A DNA stretch of 64,000 nt from Schmidtea polychroa (Eukaryota): the NCBI GenBank assembly GCA_044892525.1, contig CM097888.1, forward strand, positions 47,802,001 through 47,866,000, written 5' to 3'. A program made the translations under genes and the position numbers. Positions 25,701-39,000 of this stretch are shown piece after piece (within the stretch, counting starts at the first letter, position 1; each line of letters opens with the position of its first letter). The notes under the pieces were generated by a model. The model was not told where the DNA came from. It saw only the letters and a list, made by a program, of their open reading frames with translations, and did not search any database.

Positions 25701-28700
25701 GTAATTCATTTACTTCTAGAATGCAAATTACAAAATAAATTCCAAAGCAAAAAGTTTCTCAATAGAATACAAAATATTTCAATAACAATGAAATACAAGT
25801 TAGTATGGAAAATAGATTTCAAAAGCGGTGTTTAATCAAAATATAGCAAATATATCAAGACCTGTATTATTGTGCTTCGTGTTAAACCAAGAAGTATTTC
25901 TTTGATCTTTTTGATGAGTACATCATTATAAATGCATAACTTCATACATAAATACATATATATATACACTTCATATTTTTCATTAACTGTTTCGATGAAG
26001 TAAAAATAAGAAATCGAATCGAATTTAATGTACTTTATTTCCCCTAAAATGAGACCGGGTTTTATATTAATGTTTACTAAAAAAGACGTTTCAGTATTCG
26101 ATATTTCTTCCTAGTAAATGAACATTCTTTTCATTTTATCTTATTTCTTCTCTTGAACTAATGATTGAATGTGAAGTGCCATTTCAATGATGTTGCTGCC
26201 ATAAAATTACCACGAATCAAATTCATTATTTGAATCAAAGTTAACAATATTCTTCAAGTTTCTTTTATAATTTCAATTTCAAAACCTTCACTACTTTGAA
26301 AATGTATTAATTTTTGAAAATAAAATATTATTGTTTGATATTTGAAATGATATTAAATTAGAATAAACAAAATTGTAGATGCGTGGTAACATTTTAAAAA
26401 TTCAAATATATTCTCTAATTTTAACTGTTAATTTTCATCAGAAATTTATATTGTTTAAAATGATTGTTTAAAGATTCAGAAAATATAAAAATGAATTTAA
26501 TTAAAATCAGTCTTTATGTTTTATTTATTTAGTAAATATTGGAATTTATTCACGATGACTATCTAAACTTCAAGGATTTTCTCAAGACGTAGATTCTTGT
26601 ATATATAAAATTCATGTTTCTTCATATTTTATTGAGAATTCCTAAAAAGAATTATTGCTTGCCAAAATGGTCGAAACAAATCGATATTACTAATTAGTTA
26701 CGTACACCTGTTTGCATGAATAATAACGTCTATAATACAGGTTTTCTGCAAATCAATAGATAACTCAAAATTTGTCAGCAATTATTCAATTTTAGAAATA
26801 ATGAATTTACAAAAGGGGAGCTACTCGCACAGCAAGCTAATAATCGGAAAGATAGATGAATTCTAAGTGGAGCATTGTATAAAATTTTATTCCATTTAAA
26901 AGCTTCGATAATAAAATCTGATTAGTTATTTACGATTGTATACATGAGGTGGTTTGTATTCTGTTCCAATTTATTCATTGAATTGGCTTTTTGGCTGTTG
27001 CTGCTAGATTTTTTATTTCGTACATTATGAGAAGATCAATCTTCTGCTTTTCTGATTATTTAAACAAAAATAAAAATTCATTTTATTTATAATATAATAT
27101 ATAAATAAATAAACACGTATAAAGTAGTTTTAGATTTTTTTTTACAATTTAAAGTTTTAATAAATTTTAACTTAAATTTTTTTTATATCATTTGCTACAT
27201 ATATTCATTTTATGTATGATTTTTAAGAAAACTTGGCGAATATTCATTAAATAATGATTTTAGGTTTTAATATTGACTTTCAGTTTATCTCCAAATTTGT
27301 AAATTATATAGCTAAATGAACATTTTGGTATTCATTATAACTGTTTAAAATTATTAATTAGTAATAATTTATTATTTTATCTCCTTACTTTCTCAACAAG
27401 TCAGAGTTGTAAATTTGAATTCAGCAATGTCTCTGACATTAAATCGATAGTTTACATGGCTTTTTTATTAGGTATTATGATTGTGTATTTAATTTAGTTT
27501 TTCTACCACTTTCGTGATTTCTATATAAATGTGTTTTTATTCCATGCAACAAGTAAGATTTTGTTTTTGTTTAATATAAGCTTATTGTTTCTTTTATATT
27601 ATAGATGATTTTATTCCATGAAAACAGGTATGTATTTTGATTGTTTAAATACTTGACAGTGAATGTTTGACATAAATTTAGAAATGTATTTCTTCTACAT
27701 TCATCGATAATGTTATAACAACGCCATAAGTTGCGCATTTCAAATGTTAGGGACCATCATAAATATTTTACTAACAATATATATTTTGGAATTGTAATTT
27801 TAGATTCTTGAAACATTTCAATGTTTTTTTTATAAACACATCATTTCCGTCGGAGTTTTCATGAAACATATTTTGGATGATTATTATATTAAGTGACCTA
27901 ACAGTCTTCACAACGTTTTCTATACAATTATAGCGTTTGTGTTAACTTATAACAATGTAAAAAGGAGGTAGTAGCATTGTCCCAAAAATTTTAATGTCAA
28001 TCTTTGAAAATTTCATGATCCTAAAAATCAAGGTTCGAAAATATTTCTGTTTCAGACAAAACTCTAATAGGGATTTATTATTTTTTTTGAAAATTATTTC
28101 CTATTATTGAAGTAATTGAAAAAATGAAAGAATTAAATATATTAACATAAATAGGGTTATGTAATATTACTAAATATAATAAAATAATTAATTCCGCACC
28201 GTGAGGTTTATAAGAATGTCTGAAAATAAAAGTTAAACAAAGTTTTTAAAAATGAAAATAAAATCTGTCAACATTCATTAATTAAATTTGAAATAAATAT
28301 TTTTAATTGCAGTTGATACTTTGTTAATTTTTCAAAATATGAAATATAATAAATATATAAAATACCATCAGAATTTAATCCTTGAATATTAACAGTTTGG
28401 GGTAAATTTCCAGAATTAAGTGCTTGTTTCAGCCTTTCGTTTTCATCCTAATATTAAAAATTTCAATGTTAAATAATTACGGCTCAAAAATAATACAATA
28501 ACAAGAATTACAATATAGTAATAATACTGATAATATTAACATAAATAATAATAATAATGAATAGTAATAATAAATAATACTAATAATAATAAGTATAAAG
28601 TGATGATTTCTTGATAGCAGCATTAATTGTTTAAAATAATAATAATAAATAATAAATAATAATAATAAATAATAATAAATTCTCGAGCAATAATTGATTA

Positions 28701-31700
28701 ATTGGTGTTGTCTAAAACACGAGATTTTCTAAATTCTCTTTGCAGAAAAGTACATTCATTAGTCAAAATTGCATCATAAACATAAATTGTTTTTTTTTAT
28801 TTATATTTGTTGTTTATCAACACAACTGACCCCACACCTAATGTCATGAAATATATAAATGTAATGATTTTACAAATATTGCGCAATAATTGCTGCAATA
28901 TTTTTAATTGAATGCGAGAGTGAAAATCACAATACAAAGAAGTCTATTATTACATCACAAACATGATTTACCTACATATATATCATAATTGATAAATATG
29001 AAATATACCGGGTGGAGCCAAAAGACCTGACAAATTTGAAATTTAAATAAAACCAAATTAAAATAAATAAATAAAAAAGTATTTTTCTTTATCAACCGTG
29101 CATATGATGCCATTTTATTTTATGTTGTTTGAATAATAAAATAAAATTTTTATTAATCTTTCAATTAGAAGAATCCTTCATCAGGATCTGCAAATGCATA
29201 TAAAATGATGTTGGTACAGAAACTCAGTGAAACAGACTGGACATCTCAAAACATTGTGTGAGAAAATTCAGCAATATGTTTCCCGTTCTGCTATCGTAAT
29301 ATTCACTGATGAAGCTCATTTTTATTGATGTGAAAGTGTAAATAAGCAAATCTCCGGTATTAGTCCCAAAACAATCCTCGTGAGTTCAGTACCGTAACTA
29401 TGGTCCTGCAACTGCGAATCCATTTTCAAGCATTTAAAAATGAAATATTTTAATTTATAAATGCACTGCAGAAAGCCGGAAATCGAAACTCCTTATAATC
29501 CTTGTAAAATCAATAATCAATTTTAATGCAAATCGAAAACAATTTTTAGCTGTGGCATAAAATTACAAATTAATAATAAAATAAAATATCATAAATTAAA
29601 AACATTAAAATTTGTTTCTCAAAAATGAGTCAATAATTAAAAATATAAAATTATTGTCTATCAGATTGTTATTGACTGTATGAAGGGGCCCATTGTGAAG
29701 TTACACCATTGCATTAGTTACATGAGTTAAATACATTTTTTATTATTCAAACAACATAAAATAAAATGGCATATACAGTTGATAAATAAAAATATTTATT
29801 TATTTTAAATTGGTTTTATTTAAATTTCATATGTATCAGATCTTTTTATTTCACTCCGTATATTTCAATGTCATTAGTGATCGACTTTTCCTTTCATCTT
29901 AATATAATTATAATAAATTTCCTACAATAATATTCATTTAATAAACATTGGCATAAAATAATATTCAATTTAATAATTATTCCGCACACAAGTAGTCTAA
30001 ATGTAACATAAAAAATAAAGTCTAGACTAAATAATAAACTTCAAAAGTAAACACCGATTTTAAAGATCCATAAAATTGTCCATACCGACCTTTAATTCTC
30101 TCAACAATTTATCCACGGGATTTTCATTGACAATGGCTTTATTTTTTATCTGTTTTGCCCGATCGGCATATCGCAAAGTCCCAAGAGTTTCATCGTAATT
30201 AATATCAGCTGGGGATAGAGCGGCAATCATTACAGTTTTACTGGAATAAATAATAATACGGAGGAATATCATAATGACCAATAATGACAATAATATAATT
30301 TTATTATTAATATTATTAATTAACATAAGAGAAAGAGGGATTTCACCTTTCACGCCGAGATCCGTATATTTCCTCAGGAAATAATATTAACCTATCTTTA
30401 CGAAAACATAAATCTAACATTTAAATAATAAATTATCTACAATCATCAAATAGAGACACCCGTGAAAGTATTTTCCCGATACATATATGCTATAATGACA
30501 AAAACCATACGATTCCGAAAATTTCAAAAAACACCCCGTCGTATATGCATTGCTAATAAAAAAATAACCCGGCCTAAAAATGTTAAATGGAGAACTCTCA
30601 TTTTGTTAAACAGAAATAGCTCTTTTCAAGGATTTTCTGAATTATAGTTTTAAGATTTTTATTAGTATAAACCAGGAGTGAGGAACCTGCGGCCTTTTCA
30701 CATAGTTTGTATTTTATTACAAATTACAATTGAAATTCTTTTTGTGAAAATTTTTGAAATAATTATTAATACTAATAATATTTTTCAAATATATTTTCGG
30801 TTACTTTTCCCTAAGAATAACACAGTAGGCCTCGTTTTGCGGTAAAACACAGTTGCTGAGAAACTGCAAATTATTTAGTTTAATTTCGTGATCGGTTGGC
30901 TTTATTATTATTTATAGTTTAAAATTTTGCATTTACCGTGTATTTAATCATCAAGTACTGCAAACAGTTATGCGTATAATTATATTCTAATCTAAGATTT
31001 ATTGAATAATACAATTACAATCTGATTGGTGTTTCCACTGATTATTATTACATTGGATGTTTGAACAACCGATAGTTCTCTGTACTTATTCCGACTGCAA
31101 AAGGCAGCAAATAAAACGTCATCTGCTATTTTATGCGTTGTAAGATTAACAATTGTTTAGTGGCCAGGAATTGCTGTCGGCAGGCCTGAGTACTTAATTT
31201 ATTAATTTAATAATTAAATTACAAATACATTAAGTTGATTAAATTAAGACATTCTTTTAATATTCTTTAATAATACACTTTCTTTCAAACATTTCCATCT
31301 TTTTAATCAATAAGAATGTGCTCAAAACTCTCGAATTGGAACAATATGTCAATCAACGAAATACTTCACTTATATATCAAATGCACACCTACTCGTCGTC
31401 AGATCACAGAACATGCAGTCAATGGATTTGTCAAGTTCAAATCAAAAATTACGCTCGGATAATGGAATTTCCAAACAACCGGAAGTAAGGAAAGTCATAT
31501 TCAATGAAATGTAATACCATTCCTAAATTCGGAAATACCAGATACACAAAGATGTGGAATTCAATAAATATATTGTACAAATTAGTTTTATGTTCCTACA
31601 TATACTAATAGAAGTAATGTAATTTAAATATTAGAGGCCTTATAAAAATTTATAATTTTATATCTTGAAACATAATTTATTTAAATTGTTTCTAAAGTAA

Positions 31701-34700
31701 AGTAACATTTGTCTAGTTTTCATGGAAAGATATTCTTTATAATTAGTCGGCCGTTATTAATTGTACTGCGACTGTCATAACGCAACTTTAATATAATATN
31801 NNNNNNNNNNNNNNNNNNNNNNNNNNNNNNNNNNNNNNNNNNNNNNNNNNNNNNNNNNNNNNNNNNNNNNNNNNNNNNNNNNNNNNNNNNNNNNNNNNNN
31901 NNNNNNNNNNNNNNNNNNNNNNNNNNNNNNNNNNNNNNNNNNNNNNNNNNNNNNNNNNNNNNNNNNNNNNNNNNNNNNNNNNNNNNNNNNNNNNNNNNNN
32001 NNNNNNNNNNNNNNNNNNNNNNNNNNNNNNNNNNNNNNNNNNNNNNNNNNNNNNNNNNNNNNNNNNNNNNNNNNNNNNNNNNNNNNNNNNNNNNNNNNNN
32101 NNNNNNNNNNNNNNNNNNNNNNNNNNNNNNNNNNNNNNNNNNNNNNNNNNNNNNNNNNNNNNNNNNNNNNNNNNNNNNNNNNNNNNNNNNNNNNNNNNNN
32201 NNNNNNNNNNNNNNNNNNNNNNNNNNNNNNNNNNNAAATTAAATATAAAAAATATAAAATTAAAGATAGGAAACTATTAAATATAAAAACCTGTTTCCCC
32301 CGAGAGCATTCTGTAGCAGTTTCGTCAGCACTGAATCTCGATATGGTACGATCGTTTTCTTTTTTCCATTACTTAAGTCCGCAAGGGCCTTAAGAATTAA
32401 AGACAAAAACAATAAAATTTTTGAATAAACATAAACAATTAGAATTCGATATCATGACTATTTAAACAATTCAACTGCTGTGGCAAATGATTTATGTTTT
32501 AACAGTATGGCATTCAGGTTTTGTTAAAGTCTATTAATAACGAACATATGTAAATAATATTTTCAGTTAATCCGTTATTAGTGGCACAGTGAAGGGAAAG
32601 GCTCATTCATGTCCGGAGCGATACTCGCAGAGGGGCGCCAAATGATCCCCCAGACAAATAAGATTTTTCGGAAAATTTCAATTTTTATTTTGGTCTATTT
32701 CTGGGAAATATATTTTAAATTAATAGTTATTGTAATATAATTAATTATTTCCTTTTTTGATTTGTCTGATAAAATATGTTATAAATAATGTTTGCAGTAA
32801 ATCAATCAGATATATCCGTATACAAAACGTTCTTCTTTCTTTTTGAACACTTTATTTTTCTAAGATATAATATATATTTTTATTTTTTTAAACGAAAAGC
32901 ACAGAAAATGCAACAGAAACACTCATTGTTATTCGGCACGTTCTGGAGTTCAAAGATGTTGCTTATTACAAATTCATTAATAATCTTCAAATAATATCCA
33001 AATGATTATTCGTAGATTCAGCATATTTCAGAACGAATCCAGTCTCAATGCAGTACAATTTAAAGCCGTAGTAACTATTCATAATATATTATAGAGTATT
33101 TTAAGGTAGGTCTGCATTCTATTATTATATTATTATACTCTTATTAGGCGTATATTCTATATATTACATTACTGTATGTTTTATCGTGGTGTGCCTAAAA
33201 GGTATCACGTCCGAGCGCCAGTATAAAAAAGTTATAATAAGTTATAATTTATGATTACAATTTGAAAATTATTAGTAAAAAATTTTCACTGTTATAAATT
33301 TGTCATATATTATTATATTTTGTTATCTAGGACAATGCTTCCCAAAGTGGTGATCCACGAACGGGTACCGGTCCATGTGACCGTCATTGCCGTGGGTCCA
33401 GAAACTGGGTGAAAAGAAGTTAGTCTAATATAAAATTGGCCAATCATGTATATTTCATGACATATTCAAGCAAAATAATTAATAAAATTGGCACTGGTCC
33501 GGGTGCAATACTAAATTTTTCTGCCAATCCGTCTAACTGATTTGAGATATATCAAAAAATATTACTTTATTGAAAAACTTTAGTGCATATAACTTTCTGT
33601 GAAAATGAGGACAGCACATATTTGGCGTTGTTTTATCAAGTATTGTTTTAAAACAATACTTGATAAAGGCAAAGACAAAAAATCTTTAATCTTTTGTCAA
33701 AATAAATATAAATAAAATATCTTAAAAACAGAAAATAAATGAAAAGTGACAAAAAATTTGAACTTGAAAATTAATGTTGAGTTAATAATGTAAAATAACG
33801 ACCACTTCAATCACGAATTCTACGTTTCAAAAAAGGTAAACATTTCATTTAAATCCAATCTTAACTAACCGAGATCACATTGCCCAAAACGGATAAAGAT
33901 TTATTTATATTTGCACCTTCTTTTAGCCGGTCTCCAGTTGCTCCGGTACTATCTGCTCTTTCGGATCCTGAAATGCAGTAGATATTAGTATTTCAAATCA
34001 AATTCTAACAACAAAAAAGACCACAATGACAAAACTCAACTAAGATATTTTGAAACTTTTTCTGATATTGAAAAAGACTTTAATAGCTGTAATAAGATTA
34101 AGTAAGAATACGTCAAAAAGATTTATTAATGAAAAGCAGACCATATATAACACACGCATCAATGGGATAAATAAAAAGCAATGATATAATCTGAGGACTC
34201 AGAAAATCAAGGTGATCAATCAAACATGCAGATATTCATATACATTAATTACATACATCTTCATAATATAATATAGAGAAATAGGCAGAGAAATCAAATA
34301 TTGCAATATAATTACATCACACCACAATGTCAACAAATTGTTAACTTCCAAGTTGATCAATCAACCGTGACAATTAATGTCTTAAAGCTTAAGGTTGATA
34401 TATTCATCATGTCATTTTTTGAAACTTTAAACTAGTTAGCCATTAAAGCCAGTTAAAGCAATGTAAAAACCCAGGTGATCGGCTGAGGAGACAACGGAGC
34501 CAAAAAAGCTTGAATTTACTTTTTCATGAAATGAAGATAATTTCCTGTAATTTTTATTTTAGTCATGACCAAATAAATCCCATAGTCAATTGCTGTCTGT
34601 TATTAAAATTTATAGATTTTTTTAAATATATCAAACAACAATTTCATTAATATAAAAAATAATTTTTTTTAAAATCAACTTTAATAAAAATGAGCTATTA

Positions 34701-35988
34701 AAGAAAAATAATTGTTCTTAGTGCGTGTAGTATCAAAACTAAAAGAGGATAAAGGTTTAGTGAATAAGTTTACATTGCTTTAATATTTTGATACATTATT
34801 TATGCTATAAATGTAACATTTATTACTTACACATCCCACCTTTATCTTATATTATTTTAAAATAAAATATTATGGTAAAAGATAAATTCCTACAACTATG
34901 AAATATTTAATTTTAATTTTTTAATTAAATTTTTTACCAAGAAATAAAGTCAAATACTTGTATTGTCATTTGAACAGTGCACGTGTGCAAAGTTCCACTT
35001 GAAAAAGAGAGAACCGAAAATAGCCATAAAAATATCTACTTCGATATGTGAAATGAGAGAGTCGATAGATGAGAGTAATTAGTATTTACCTATATTTCAT
35101 GACATCTAAAAACCAACATATGTATTCAAAAAATAATAAATCTGTAGCAATAGAATTTTAAATGAGTCAAATTGGCTCAGTCCGTAAATCTAGTGTTAAT
35201 AATGTTTATATATATATATAATATTATCAATCCTCATTTCTAAGATGTCAACAACCAAATTTTTATTTTCTCAATCACAACTATTGATGAGCAATCAATT
35301 TTTTAATTAATTAATTAATTAATTAGCAATTTNNNNNNNNNNNNNNNNNNNNNNNNNNNNNNNNNNNNNNNNNNNNNNNNNNNNNNNNNNNNNNNNNNNN
35401 NNNNNNNNNNNNNNNNNNNNNNNNNNNNNNNNNNNNNNNNNNNNNNNNNNNNNNNNNNNNNNNNNNNNNNNNNNNNNNNNNNNNNNNNNNNNNNNNNAAT
35501 ATAAATATTTGAAAAAGTAATAAAAATTTTGAAAAAATTTATTGTATATAAATAAATCCTATTTGTCTTTTCCTTTCTACAAGTAGCATTGGTTGGCAAG
35601 GCAACTTCATAAACATTTTGCATCAATATCAGCAAACAACAATTGGTAGAATAATGACAAATGTGAATTAGAATCTTGGAATGGAGGTATTATCAATTCA
35701 GTAAAACAATTAATATGGTAAACAAATCTCCTTGGTTAATTTCAATTGTTATAATGAATAAAAAGTAATTTCTTAAAAAACTATTTGCATCTTAACAGCA
35801 TTGTCAAGGGACAGAAAATAAAAATTACCAGCTAAATCCACTAAATTCATTATTGAACTTTTCCTGGTATCTGATCCGTTTGATCGGGTTATTTGATCAA
35901 ATGTTATGATGACAACTGTATGTGCTCTACTACTAGTGGCATTCATATTGGTCATAGCTACTGTTCGGCTAGATGTTCCTAATATCAC

Positions 35989-36055
<67 letters not shown>

Positions 36056-39000
36056 TTAATAATTTTCTATATGCATCATAAGGTCACAATGAGGTCTCTA
36101 GAACAGTTGTTAGTATCGTATTAGCTTGTTCCTGGTGGTATATTGGGTATTCAGAATATCATAAACTAAAGAGATTAAGTTCTACAAAACCTGTATTTTG
36201 CTATGATGTATCGTATAAGTTAAAATATCACTAAAATACAACTAAATTCAATTCACACTTGTATTTACCTTGCTCCATTCGTGATTCAATCTCTTTATAC
36301 GATCCGACGGGAATTTTTTTGAGACCCTGAACGAAAAATCCTTGAAATGGAGTTTGTCTAACTGGTAATCCTCCTTTCGGTTGAGCTTCTTTCGAAAGTA
36401 AATCACGAACATTTTCATTGTAAATTTCTAACATTGAAAATGTTACCTCATATCTCTGAATATAATATAAATTAGAATTTTTAAATAAGTTTCATAATAT
36501 TATAAATTCAAACAAAAATATCCTGAAATTCAAACTTTTATTAAAAACACTTATTTAGATTATATTAAAATCATATTGTTTAAATGATCTCTTTTCCCTG
36601 AATTGTTTTTCAAATTTCAAATCAACCATGCCAAACAAAGTTATTACTGAAGTGGTAAAAGTTGAATAAATTGACATTGTTGAAGGATTTGAGTTTTCAA
36701 CCGACGTGACTGAAAAAGATGAATATTTCATAAATAAATGACCAAAAAATGCCATTAATTACAGTTTCCATCATAAAGATTACCAAATCTGGAAGATTTT
36801 TAAATCTTTTTTGCAACTATTTTTCTCATATTATTAAATCATGTTTTACTAAGAAATCATCAATAAAACGGTTCAAGAAAACAGTGTTTCCAACTTTTTT
36901 CGGCCTATGGTCCCATTTTATTTTAATTCACTTCTATGGCCCTCCCATTTTAGTAGAATTTTAAACTTTATTCAATTACATTATATTAGCGGAGGGCTAG
37001 ACAAAGAGTACTGACGGCCACAGTACTGATCTTTTTACATGTATTTATAATGCATTTCTGAGAAAATGTTACTAAATTCTGATATATATTATATAACTTA
37101 CATTTTTTCATTAACGTCTTTCTGATTTGTCGAAAATTGTAGACAATATTAGTATACAATCAAATCTATTAATTCAAGTCGTTTTTAGCTTCAATAGGGT
37201 ATTAAACTTTTATTAAGTAGGCAAACAAGTCAAACATGTCTTTCAAAATTGTTAGTCACCTTCACCCTCTTTAGTAGGTAGCTAGTAGCCCGCGGGAGCA
37301 ATAGGGGGGGGGGGAGGGGGGTGGGGGTAAAAAATGTTGCAAACTTTTGATTGCATAATTTTTGCCGTAGACATTTTTTTGATTACATAATTGTTGCCGC
37401 ATGCTCCAATGATTTTTTTTCTGGGATTTTAAATACAAAAATTTTTTTTTCTATAAACAAGCCAAGGATAAATATTATTTGGGTGGGTCTCCTTGGTCCT
37501 GAGAATTTCAATAGAAAAGGTAGTCTACATTAATAAAGCATGGATTATTCAGACTATAGTGAGGGGGTCTCCTTGATCCTGGGATTTTCAATACAAAAAG
37601 ACGGTTTACACTAAAAAAGTTTTGTAATTCAAGGTCTCAGGATATTTTCAATACAAAAAGCCAAGGATAAACTTACCTGTGTGTAAAAATTTAATGCTGC
37701 GAAAGTTAACATATTTATTATAGGAATCTAAAAAGTGAGAGAAAATAATTAAGCATACAAACACAGCACACATAATGAAAAATACATACAAAATTAATGA
37801 AGTGTTTTTTTTGCGAAATTAACATTGATTAACATATAATTAACATATTAATATTTTCAAATTAATTAAAAAGTTATGCACAAAAAACTTTTGAATCAGA
37901 ATCCGACTGTTCTACCTTGAGCTTCAGAGAAAAAGAAGAAAATACATCGTAAGATTTAATTATAAAATAATTTAGAATATAACATTTCTTTAGATTTACA
38001 GATATTGAAGAAGGTCCTTCGACATCTTTGAATTTGCTGAAAAAAATAGCAAATCGTAAATTTTAATAAATTATTTTAACAAATTAATATTTTCATAGAA
38101 TTACAGAAAATGACAAAATTCGAAAGAAGATTACAAAAACTTAAAAAACTATTTTATCCATTCTTTCCTAAATGTCTTAAAAAAATAAATGTTTGGTGAT
38201 TACTTTATTTATTTATAATTATAAAAATATCTAACTTACATTTTTACGAAATGAATCCAAATAAAATATCATAAAATTCCTAAAAACACCTGAAATTTAA
38301 TTATCAGTATCCTATATTATAAATGATGACTAATAGTAATACTTAAGAACTTGAATAATGATCTCATAATTATATAAATCAAAATTCAAGTCCTAAAAAT
38401 TACTTCAATTCAAAAACTTACCTTAAAACGATTTTTGAAAAATTGAAAAAATGAAATTAAGTTAACATTGTCATAGTTAAATGGTGATTTAAATGGTGAC
38501 TCACCTCAACTGGTGTGCACAACAACGTATATTATAGATAATGTTAACTTTCGCAAACAGGTGTATCTACAGTCAGTAAAATCTTTTTTACACGGTCTTT
38601 TTTTACACAATTTTGAAATAATACGGTTCGTCAAGAAGAAATTTTAAAATTCTTTATACGTTATTTTTGATTTAACACGAATTCCAAAAACAAATTTTAA
38701 TTATTTACATGATTTTCTGCAATATATAATTTCAAAAGACCGCTTAAAAAAGATTTTACTGTATAAACATAATTTATGGATTATATTTATATACTATAGA
38801 TTGTTTTATATCAAATTCAGCACGATGTATAGTAATTATATTTGCAATAATACAATATTAAATGTTAAAAATATGAAAACAATTAAAATCCAATATTTAA
38901 ATTATGACAAAAATATAAATTCATAAATATATTATGTATAAAGAACATAAATAAATAAAATAAAATGTTTACTTTAATTGAAAATACACGTAATATGTCT

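Noticed and set aside
33334-33420. hAT-like left end CAATGCTTCCCAAAGTGG
   Set aside because: No matching right TIR or TSD found.
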